From: Oculina patagonica
Lineage: Eukaryota
Reading direction: 5' to 3'
Assembly (NCBI RefSeq): GCF_052425735.1
Contig: NC_135771.1
Span: forward strand, 2,914,001-2,978,000
Length of the DNA stretch: 64,000 nucleotides
Position numbers and translations under genes: made by a program. The notes beneath the pieces are model-generated. The model saw only the letters and a program-made list of their open reading frames with translations, searched no databases and had not been told where the DNA came from. Shown piece by piece: positions 12,101 through 24,100 of this stretch; position 1 is the first letter of the stretch, and each line of letters opens with the position of its first letter.

Positions 12101-15100
12101 CCAGTAGACCGTGTGTGCTTAGCATTTCACCCCAAGAAAAACAAATGAGTGGTTGCCTAATCATTCCATAACTAAAATGGTGACATTTCCAGTAAATCTT
12201 TCTAAAAATTCTACACGACCTCCACTCTTGCGCTCATCTTCTTCCAACAGTCACGAAACGCAAGAATTGATGTTTCTCCTAGTACTTTTCCTTTGTAGAG
12301 AACTATATTGTTTTCGTTTTACGAATTGATGTCAGTTGATCCACAAGACTTATATTAGCTGTATAAATTTGGTTGTGTATATCTTGTGTTTTTAGTCTAA
12401 TAAGACTGCTGTTTGATTCTTGTAGACTACACAACTAGTCCGCCACCGCCAACTACCACCGCACCCGGTAAGATGGAATTTATTTTAACTTACTAACAGT
12501 TACTGGCCCTCGGTCCGAATCTATATTATCTTCCCACGCGGAGTTCTAAACTGGAAACGATACAATCCATTGTTAGAAACTCACAACAACGTAAAATAAT
12601 TGGTCGGGATGGTCGGGAGTTGGGGGTGAAGTATTTTCTCACAGTGGTGGAGGCGAGGGTACCCTGCTGGGCTGGGTCAGTATGATTCCTTAATTCACGT
12701 TGTGTTCTGCAACAAAAGCGCAAAATTTCTTTCAAATAACACAGCCGCTTTTGAAACGCAAATTTCTTTCCGATACTGCCATGTAAGCTCTAGGGGGCTT
12801 ATTTCTTTTTAAGACCTTTTGAGGGGCTGAGGGGGGGGGGGGGGGGGACTACAGGGGTGCTTAGAGAGGAGAGGCGCTTAATAGATCTTCTACGGTAAGT
12901 GCCCCTCCCCCTCCCCTAATTTCTTGCGCAGATGTCATCTGGGCTGGTCAGGCGTTTTTCCCAAATCCTGAAGGGAAAATAGCATGACGATCCCAAAGCA
13001 ATTCTGCGTAGGAGGCCACCCTTTCCCCGATTACAAGGCTCCCTCACTCAAAAAGAACCTTAATTGTAAGAAAATGAGCCCAAAGCTTATAATCAGGATT
13101 TTAAGGGACATGATGTGAGCGCAAATATTAAAATATATTTTTTTGCTTTATAGTATGCGGGCAGGTTGTTAATAACACACTGACAAGTCCCGGATACCCA
13201 AACAATTACCCAAACAACGCGGACTGTGTTAATTGGGTGCCTATTCCAGCTGGCAAGGCAATGAATATTTACTTCAACGAGTTTGTCATGGAGTATCACT
13301 GGAGCTGCCGGTAAGAAACAAGATGACAATCAATTGCAAAGTATATCCATGGAGTGAATAGAAATCACACTAATTACGTCAATAACATTCTTATTTTTTG
13401 TTTTCACCACTTCGTTTAATGATCTAAATGGATTTTTCACCAGTGCTCAGTATATCTTACCTTTTTTCAAAGTGGATTAAAATGAGCTTTAAATTTGTAA
13501 AAACATCATGAGGCAAGCAAGAGAGGATGAAGTTGATCCTCTTTTGTGTACGACATTAAGCGTAAACTAGCTCATTATTAAGCTAATGGTTCACATAAAG
13601 AATTCGCTTGCCGTTGGTTGTTTTAGCGAGCCAATGATATACAGAGAAAGAAAGTACTAGGCTGCCGATTGTTTGTCTTATATTTTTTTGTGTGGCCGGC
13701 TTACTACAGTTTTGAGGGGTAAATTAACCAAACATTTAACTCTTTTTGTAAAATTTTCAAAAATATTTTGTCTCTCTCTTTCTCTCTTACAGCATTCAAA
13801 CACCATATGCAGCAAAAAATCTGTAAAGGCCGATTTACACGGTACGATTTTGTCGAATGCGATATGCTTGCAACATGTTTACGACAGGCCTACGACACGA
13901 ATTGTGACGTGTAAATCAAACCTACAACTCGCTTACGACTGTCGCAGGCGTGTCGTAAGCTTCTCGCATGCGACAAAATCGTACCGTAAAAGATAAGATA
14001 AGATAAGAAACTTTATTTAAGTGTCAAAGCCTTATAGCCTGGAAAATAAAACCATACTAATTAAGGGACACTGCTAAAAACTAAAAGCTACACTAATACT
14101 AAATATAAATACAATAAAAATATATATAAGTCATATAAAAAATGTTATTATAATCTATGGTGTAAAAAATGTTAAAATCTTATAATAATGTTTTGACTTG
14201 AGAGGCACTAAGTGCAGCATAGGATGCATCCCTTACAGCCGCTGTCCATTAAGGGAGTTATATCTTTTTTGCGAATACGGTTTGTGAAAGCCTGCAGAGT
14301 CTTGGCTGATCTGTCAGCCGTAGAAAGTTTTCCCCATAGTTTGGGTCCTACATAACGCAAAGAGTGCTTTCCATAAGTAACAGTGTTGTATCTAGGAGTA
14401 GAAAAATCTGATTGTCTCAGGTTATACGTGGAATTATGCTCGTTAAAAATGTTACAGATGCTATTTGGACATAATCTATGTTTAACTTTATACATTAAGG
14501 CCGATTTACCGTGTAAATCGGCCTTAAGACAGATTTTGAGCTATTTTAAAATAGGCAAAACACAACATTTTCTTAATTTGCGAAAAATGTATCTATCAGA
14601 TTTGTATTTTATTTTGCGTGAATGTTTAATCATAGACAACCTATAATTTCTGAAATTTTGAGATCAAATGTCCAATGTTTAGATTTTGAGAAAACCGACG
14701 TTGTTCATTTTGGCTGTTTATAAGCATTTTTATTCTTCCAATGTCGCATATGTTGATTGTGCGCAGTAACAAACGGCAATAAGAGAAAGACAAAACACTT
14801 CTGAAGATTTAACAAAAAAGTTTAAAGTTGGGATCATTTACCCCCTCAAAACCCTTATGTCTGATAGCAGAAGCCCATAAGGTGTTTCTGCCGATGTTCA
14901 ACAAAGCAATCCTTCTTGCTAGCTTGCTAGTCTGCATAAATTTCTCATGGCATTGGTTCGAAGACTCTGTCAAACAATCAATCAATTTGGTGATCACCTT
15001 CTCAAATTATTATGGCTTATTTTATTCGCAGCTGGGACTATTTGGAGATCACCAACGAAAACTATCAGACATTCGGGAAATACTGCGGCTCTAAATCTGG

Positions 15101-18100
15101 ATTGAACGTCGTTGTAACTGGACAATACGTTGTGTTAAAGTTTTACTCTGACGGCTCTAATAGCTACAAAGGATACCGGTTAACTTTCAGTGCTTTCGGT
15201 AAGTACGGTCACAGCGCATATGGTAATGACCCATTCCGAAAATTATTAACAATTATTCACCGAAGTGGAGGTGAATAATTGTTAATTCACTGACACAGAG
15301 GTGAATAATAATTGTTTAAGTATATACCACACAAGTTGAATAACTGGCGGACTAAAACACTTTCGGTAGACAAAGCGACACGGCCAGGCAGTTTGTTTCT
15401 CTTTAGCTGCTTGGAGGTGAATAGTACTTTCTAAATCACCTCCGAGTTTACCAAACAGCGCGCGCGAAAAGCACTATTCACTTGTGTGGTATATACTTAC
15501 TACTGTTAGAGCGGTTTTAACTTGAGTGCCGAAAGTAATTTGCGTTTGCTTTGGTTTTGCATTACTACGCTCATTAATTGGTTTAAAAAACTCCCGCCCC
15601 TTTTCAGAAAATCAGAACCAAAACCAAAACCAATCGTGTCTCGCTCGCGCACGTTTTCCCGCGCTTCGTGCCGGCTGCATATATTGCTTCGAGTTTTGAT
15701 TGGTTGACTGGATTGTCTGTGTCCTTTGTGATTGGCCAGAGGGATTACTATGGTTTTGGTTTTACGACACTCATTTGAAAACTGCACTAATTTTTGTCGC
15801 CCAGTTGAAACATATAGAATATATCTGTATAAAGTTTTAAAGCTATATTTATGAAAAGTCACAACTTTGCAGTCTTTATTTTAACGGTACACTTTAAAAC
15901 TTCAGAATATCAGATTTTTTAATTTATTTTTTATTATGAAGTGATAATTTAAAAGAAAATTAATATGTTGCTGTGTATATGGTTTGCTGTGTTTATTATT
16001 CACTATTTTTCCGCCTTGTTTGTCTTAGCTCCAGGAAATATCAGCACATCAGCACCAAACACGACTAATCCACCATCCAGTAAGTATAGCAGGTTTGCCA
16101 GTAGACCGTGTGTGCTCAGCATTTCACTCCAAGAAAATAAATGATTGGGTGCCTAATGATTCCATAACTAAAGAGGTAACATTTCTGGTAAATCTTTCTA
16201 AATATTTTACACGACCTCCACTCTAGCGCTCATCTTCTTCCAACAGACACGGAACGCAGGGATTGATGTTTCTCCTAGTACTTTACCTTTGTAGAGAACT
16301 ATACTGCTTTTGTTTTACTAATTGGTGTCAGTTGATCCACAAGACTTATATCAGCTGTATAAATTTGGTTGTGTATATCTTGTCTTTTTAGTTTAATAAG
16401 ACTGCTGTTTGATTCTTGTAGACTACACAACTAGTCCGCCATGGTATACCACCGCACCACCAAGTGGTAAGATGTAATTTATTTTAACTAATACTAACAG
16501 TTACCGACCCACGGTCCGCATCTGAAAATTAACTCCTCATGAGAAGTTCTAAACTGGAAACGATACAATCCATTGTTAGAAACTCACAACAACGTACGTA
16601 AATAATTGGTCGCTTGCTCGAACACTCGTTTGTTTCGTTAAGTGGTAAGGCTACTTATCTGTTAGCTCTGCTAAGGTTGTGAGGAGGGGGGTAGGGTTGG
16701 ACGTGAAGTATTTTCTCACAGTGGTGGAGGCGAGGGTACCCTGCTGGGCTGGGTCGCTATGATTCCTGAATTCACGTGTTGTTCTGCAACAAAAGCGCGA
16801 ATTTTTTTTTTCAAATAACACAGGCGCTTTTGAAACGCAGACTTTCGTTCCGATGCTGCCGTATGTTCTCTTGGGGGCTTATTTCTTGTTCAGACCTTTT
16901 GAGGGGCGGGAAGGGAGGGGGGGACTACAGGAGTGACTAAAGAGGAGGGGGCTTAATAAGTCTTTTACGGTAAGTGCCCCTCCCTCTCCCCTAATTTCTT
17001 GCGTAGATGTCATCTGGGCTGGTCAGGCGTTTTTCCCAAATCTTGAAGGGAAAATAGCATGACGATCCCAAAGCAATTCTGCGTAGGAGGCCACCCTTTC
17101 CCCGATTACAAGGCTCCCTCACTCAAAAAGAACCTTAATTGTAAGAAAATAAGCCCAAAGCTTATAATCAGGATTTTAAGGGACATGATGTGAGCGCAAA
17201 TATTAAAATATATTTTTTTGCTTTATAGTATGCGGGCAGGTTGTTAATAACACACTGACAAGTCCCGGATACCCAAACAATTACCCAAACAACATGGACT
17301 GTGTTTATTGGGTGCCTATTGCAGGTGGCAAGGCAATGAATATTTACTTCAACGAGTTTGTCGTGGAGCATCACTGGAGCTGCCGGTAAGAAACGAGATG
17401 ACAATTAAAGTATATCCATGGAGTGAATATAAATAACACTGATTAGGCCAGTAACACCCTTTTTTTTTTGTTTCCGCCACTTCGTTTAATGACTAAATGG
17501 ATTTTTTCTCCAGTTCTCAGTATATCTTACCTTTTTTCAAAGTGCATGAATTAAAATAAGCTTCAAAGTTGTAAAAACATCATGAGGCAAGCAAGAGAGG
17601 ATGAAGTTGCTCCCCTTTTGTGTACGACATTAAGCGTTAAGTAGCTCATTATGAAGCTAATGGTTCACATAAAAATTTGCTTGGCGTTGGTTGTTTTAGC
17701 GAGCATTAAAATGATATGCAGGGAAAGATAGCACTACTAGTAGGCTGCCGATAGTTTGTCTTCATAATTTTGTTGTGTGCCAGGCTTACTACAGTTTTGA
17801 GGGGCAAATTAGCCAAACATTTAACTTTTGTTGTAGAATCTTCAGAAACATTTTGTCTTTCTCTTATATTACTGTTTGTTACAGCGTACAACCACCATAT
17901 GCAGCATAAAAATATCTGTAAGACAGATTTTGAGCTATTTTAAAATAGGCAAAATACCACATTTTCTTATTTTGCGAAAAATTTATCTTACAGATTTGTA
18001 TTTTATTTTGCACGAATGTTTAATCAGAGCCAATCTCTAATTTCTAAATTTTGAGGTGGGGGTCATATGTTTACATTTTGAGAAAATAGACGTCGTTCAT

Positions 18101-21100
18101 TTTGGCTGTTTATTAACATTTTTATTCTTCCAATGTCGCATATGATGATTGTGCACAGTAACAAACAGCAATAAGAGGAAGAAAAAACATATTCTGAAGA
18201 TTTTACAAAAGAGTATAAAATTGGGCTCATTAACCCCCTCAAAACCCTTATGTCTGATAGCAGAAGCCGATAAGGTTTTTTGACGATATTCAACAAAGCA
18301 ATCCTCATTGCTAGTCCGCATAAATTTCTCATGGCATTGGTTCGAAGACTCTGTCAAACAATCAATTAATTTGGTAACCACCTTCGCAAATTATTATGGC
18401 TGATTTTATTCGCAGCTATGACTATTTGGAGATCATCAACGAAAACAATCAGACATTTTGGAAATACTGTGGCTCTAAATCTGGATTGAACGTCGTTGTA
18501 ACTGGACAATACGTTGTGATAAAGTTCTACTCCGACGCGATTGTTACCCGCAAAGGATACCGGGTAACTTTTAGTGCTATCGGTAAGTACGGTCACATAG
18601 TCCGGCGGCTTAGCTCGAAATTTTAGTTGAATTGTGCACTTTTTGATACAAGCATGCAACTTGGCACAATGAAAGTGGTCACCAACAGAAGATTTTTCAG
18701 ATATAGTGCCAAGCCCGAAATACGCCAGTTTCCATGGAAACCGTAATTTATTAAAATCAATGGAATTTCGTGAAAGCTCGTGAAATATTTGTTTGTCCTT
18801 GTTTATAGACAAATACTTTTATGCCAGGTAGTGATACCAAGTCGCACGTACAAAATTTAGAATGAAATGCTGTAATTTAGACTGTTCACAGCCCTCTATA
18901 TTTTCCTATTTTTCTTCTGTTAGCGAGCGGCGAACGCTGGGATTGGAGAATGAATCCTGAGAGACCTGGACGCTAGCGCAAAACGAAAGACGCGAGGGGC
19001 AGAGGGCGGGGAACAAAAAATCTTTTTCCATGCAATAACTTTATAGTAAAAATTATTGGTTAAAGATGGTTAAAAAATAACAATTGTAAGCCTAATTTAA
19101 AGCATTCATATCTGTATTTTTGAAATAAAATCTACAATAAAAAGTGTATAAAAGCACAAGAAGAAGTAGTTCGTGGGGGAGGGGCCTCTTGGCTGAAAAT
19201 TTCATTGCTACTTACTAGCTGAAAATAGGAAATTAGCGTTGGCACTATATCGAGAATTGATTAGTATGTGAATGCTTGAATCCTGCAAAGTTTGGTGCTT
19301 GTATCAAAAATCGCACAATTCAGGAGCTAAGCCGCCGGACTAACAGTGCATATGGTATTGACCCATTCCGAAAATAAGTGACAATTATTCACCAACGTGG
19401 AAGTGAATAGTGGTGGGTAATTACTGACACTGAGGTGAATAATTGTTTTAGTATATACCACACAAGTTGAATAACTTGCGGACTAAAGCACTTTCGGTAA
19501 ACAAAGCGACACACCAAGGCAGTTTGTTTCTCTTTAGCTGTCCCGAGGTGAATAGTACTTTGTTAATCACCTCCGAGTTAACCAATCAGCGCGCGCGAAG
19601 AGCACTATTCACTTGTGTGGTATACACTTACTGCTGTTAATTTTTGTCGCCCAGTTGAACCATATAGAATATATATCTGTATCTACCATCCAGTAAGTAT
19701 AGTGTGTTCGCCAGTAGACCGTGTGTGCTCAGCATTTCACCCCAAGTAAAAAGATAATTGGATGCCTAATGATTCCATAATTAAAGAGGTAACATTTCTG
19801 GTAAATCTTTCTAAAAATTCTACACGACCTCCACTCTAGCGCTCATCTTCTTCCAACAGACACGAAACGCAGGGATTGATCTTTGTCCAAGTACTTTTCC
19901 TTTGTAGAGAACCATATTGTTTTCGTTTTACGAATTGGTGCCAGTTGATCCAAAAGACTTATATCAGCTGTATAAATGTTTTTGTGTAGTTATTGTCTTT
20001 TTAGTCTAATAAGACTGCTGTTTGATTCTTGTAGACTTAAACACAACTAGTCCGCCATTGCATAACACCACACAACCAAGCGGTAAGATGGAACTTATTT
20101 TAACTTACTAACAGTTACTGACCCACAGTCCGAACCTATATTATCTTCCCACGAGGAGTTCCAAACTGGAAACGATACAATCCATTCTTAGAAACTCACA
20201 ACAACGTAAAATAATTGGTCGTTTGCTCGAACACTCGTTTGTTTGATCTGGTAAATTATGAAACCGAGATCGAGGCTTCAATACGTTTTTTGGCAAGTTT
20301 GGCATGTAACCTTCATAACAAATCGGTCAGTTCTAGGTTGCTAGACGGAATTCTCAAAATTGTCAATTATGTTATTAACAATGCACAGATGACAATATCA
20401 CAGAATTGTGAAGTCACTGAAGAGCTACTAACAGGAATGATAGTGACGTCATACCACATGTGGGTTTCGTCCAATGGTCTTTTGAGCTGTGGTTGATTGA
20501 TTGTGTCACTTATTACTCACAACTGTATAGATTGCCTAGGCGATCATTCCTCAATTTACAGCATTTACTGATTTACGCCGTGACTACTTTGTGTTGTGAT
20601 AAGTTCGCTTCTGTTAAAACCCGTAAAACCGAACAGTTAACCTCCTTATTAAAGTTTTTTTCAATTTTATCCGCCCTGGTTTACTGCATCACCACCAAAC
20701 ACTAACCGCAAACTGCACCCTGTGTGATATATAGTTTCTCTTTATCTAAATAAAACCAGTCGTGTTATTTGTCCTTATTAATTAAATTAGTTTGCGTTGA
20801 AGTTTGTTTTTTATTGTGCGTGTAAGGAACTCAAACTATTCGCCCTAGTCTACCATATATATTACCACCAAAGGGCATTAAATAAAATAAAAAATTGAGA
20901 ATTTACAACGGCATCTTCCACATAGTGATTCCAGATCAGTGATTCTAAATTGGAATTTAGAAGTGTTGGTTTTTGTGGAGGGAGGAAAACCGGAGAACCC
21001 GGAGAAAAAACCTCGGAGCAAGGACGAGAACCAACAACAAACTCAACTCACACATAACGCCGGGTCTGGGGATCGAACCTGGGCCACATTGGTAGGAAGC

Positions 21101-24100
21101 GAGCGTTCTCACCACTGCGCCATCCCTTCTTCATTTTTATCTCGATTTTAACTATAGACTGCCGTATCACATCATAACAGTTCTTCTTAATAATAATTGT
21201 TTTTTTATTTTTTTATAGGCGGATGTGGATATGTGCAAAACAACACACTTACTAGTCCTGGATATCCAAACAACTATCCGAATAACATGGACTGTACTTA
21301 TTCGATCCACATCCCACACGGCAAGGCGTTAAGAATTGTTTTCGAATTTTTTAAAGTGAACGACTGCGGGTAAGTAACTACGTACGAACGCTTCATGGGA
21401 AATGACCATCAAGTTCGTTGAAATATAAAAATAACCTCTTAAAACAGTGAAAGAACATTTCAATAACACACCAAATACAAAAGAAGGTACGGATGGCCAA
21501 ATGCGACGAAGATTGAAACGGATTGCGATACTCGGGTTTTTGAAATATTGTTGGGCTAAACAGTTATCAAAAGTTAATCTTGTTTGTTTGTAAATTTAAA
21601 TTCTAACGACCGGGAGACACATTTGGTTGCAGTGAAGCAATGGTTTTGTCATTTAGATCCATAGAAGTAATTTCTTTGCAAACATAAAGTTTCATAGCGA
21701 GTATTTGGCAGAACTTAATAAAATAAACTAACTCAGCCGTGACACAGTCCCTTTATCTGATATGAACACATCACTAGCTATTGCCGCAGAGAACAGGAAA
21801 TGAGAACTTAACGTGCATTGCCTAGCTGCCATCATATCCTTAACCAGGGCCTTGCCGTCTGCCTCTTGCTAGTTACGGCCCTGCCTTAACCAAGCAGTAA
21901 GCGTGAGATTAACATGTTTCGTAATATAAATGAAGCAAATAGACCCCAACTTACACATTCCTTTTTTTAAAAACCACAGCTTTGACTATTTGAGGATCAC
22001 TAACGAGAGAAACCAGACACTTGGAGAGTTCTGTGGAAATAAATCTGGACATGATGTAACTGTGTCTGGACATTACGCCGTGATAACCTTCCATTCAGAT
22101 AGCTTTGTTACTGACCAAGGATACAAGCTGTATATCTTTTTTTCATACGGTAAATCATATTGATTTAATTCATAAGAAGAAAGCAAAACTTCTCCAGTGA
22201 AACGGGAAAAGAGAACTAAGTGTCTTGTTAAAGAAAATCGGACAAACGCAGACTAATACAAACTACTTTCTACCAACGTAAACTTATAAAAAAGGGGCAG
22301 CTTCAAGCCAAGTGGCGCATACTGCCGGAGCGGAATATTTCTACTCTCCCCTGGATGGGATGCTAGTTCGTCGCAGGGTCCCCCCCCCACCCCATAGCAT
22401 TATTTCGCCGGTCCGGCGCGCTTATTATTAGGCCACTGCGCCTCCCACTACGAAAACTTATAAACAGATGTTTCATTTGACTCTGCAAAAGATCGTGATT
22501 GCTTCTTTATGTTACTCTTTTAGGAAATTTAATAACCCAAACGGTATGAAAATAATTTCAAGTAGATTTTTTACTGATGAAAAACGGTCTAAAATACATC
22601 GGAGATGTATTTTAACAACATAAAATTTTAAGCTTGGTTCAAATGAGTATTGGAGCATTTAATATGCTTGAGTTTCATTTTTTGTCCTGTTATTTATGCA
22701 GGAAATGCCAGCACTTCTCTCCCATGGACGACTTATCCACCATACAGTGAGTGTGTTATAGTTACCAATGTCGAAAAATGAATGTTGTTGACCGCTTACG
22801 TGTAACTCCCACAAATAAACTGCATCTTTCGCTATTTTAAAGATTATACCAAAAGAATATACTGATTGGGCATTGAGGCGACAATGTCTAAAATGTTATC
22901 TAAAACAGGAGAGAAACATATTGCGGTTTTCAAAAACATGCTTACTCTGAAATTCAAGACTCAACTAACGATTGCGTTCTTCGCTGTCGTCAATCAGGCA
23001 ACGAACCTTGAAAAACAGAAACAAACAAAATAGATCGAAATCCACCAATCACAACTGACAGACATGACATTTTGAACCGGTTGAAGTGATGATTGACGGC
23101 AGCAAAAAACGTAAACCGTTGGGTATGATTTGAACTTCAGAGTTCGCATATCTTTGAATACTGCAATAAAGTTAGTTTGCGCAGTACTTGATTCATCACG
23201 AAAATTGGCATCAGTTATCTTGTGTCATGGTCTCTTGTAATATAATTATCAACAGGTTTTCAATTTTGAGACCTCTGAGAAAATACTTTGGCCCTCAATA
23301 ACTTTTTTTTTTGTAAATTTATTACATTTCTGTATTGCTGGTTTTCACTGTCACGCAATCAAAAAATAAATTCGAAACCATTCAACTACAGAAGCTATGA
23401 ATTTCAAATATTATAGATGTTAAATATATAAACACTTTCTTCAAGTTTCGGGTCTGTGCGGTGTACCGTTCGCGAGTTATTTTCCGAACTTTTCCACGTA
23501 AATTTATAAACCTTAGTATGGAGCCGCCATAACTGTGTCCTGCCGAGGGACACAGTAATGGCCGCCGTGATGTCAGAGAAACCATCTGGAACTCAATTCT
23601 GTTTACAACAGCGGCCATCCTTGGCTTAAGAGCTAGTACACTTTCACATAAACACCACTTATTATATCTGAATTGTTCATTCTGCACAAAATGGAAAGGA
23701 AAGGCCTTTTTTCAAACAAAACAGCTTTGTCACGGCACTCAGCTTGATGTCACATACGACGGAGAACTCAAATATTCAAAATGCTCTGTTTTAAAAACGA
23801 ATGACACTATCGATCTGGAAATTTGCAAAAATATATATTTTTAGTTTATCTTTCGCCTAATGACAACGAAAATTTAGCACGCGTAGTGAATTTTGATTTC
23901 AGAATTTTATGACGTAACATAAAAACCAAGAATACAGGCTAGGTCTTGGCGGATTGTGCTCCTAAACGTGGCATATTATGCTACCAGCAGCTGTGCTCCA
24001 AATTTTGCCAAACTGATTATGCCCAAATTATGCTCCTGATTTCCGAAACTATGCTCATAAAATGATGTAGATCCTGTACAAAGAGGCGCGCAATAACGGC

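Larger units (their letters stand above)
1..20250 (+). repeat. Tandem segmental repeat array, ~3.2-4 kb core unit, 5 full copies plus a partial copy at the window start
   Basis: Intronic blocks such as 'aggaggccaccctt(t)ccccgattacaaggctccct' recur at ~497, ~3722, ~9851, ~13010, ~17085; introns look roughly 90% identical between copies (estimated by eye). Confidence 0.95.

Noticed and set aside
579-17404. Recurrent minus-strand ORFs of 78-138 aa (e.g. 579-815, 3805-4221, 9934-10170, 13093-13329, 17168-17404)
   Set aside because: They are antisense shadows of CUB exon A; the + strand carries the splice sites and the recognisable domain.
1776-18626. ORFs starting MAYFIRS read as separate small CUB genes
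   Set aside because: The ATG lies in the acceptor region of the intron; these are exon B read with flanking intron and encode only half a CUB domain.
1-20250. Array as a CRISPR-like or DGR-like (RT-driven) diversification system, given the RT inside a repeat with variable segments
   Set aside because: The RT is an ordinary L1/Tx1 with TSD and poly(A) in a single unit; loop variation is not adenine-specific; there is no template/variable repeat pair and no repeat-spacer structure.
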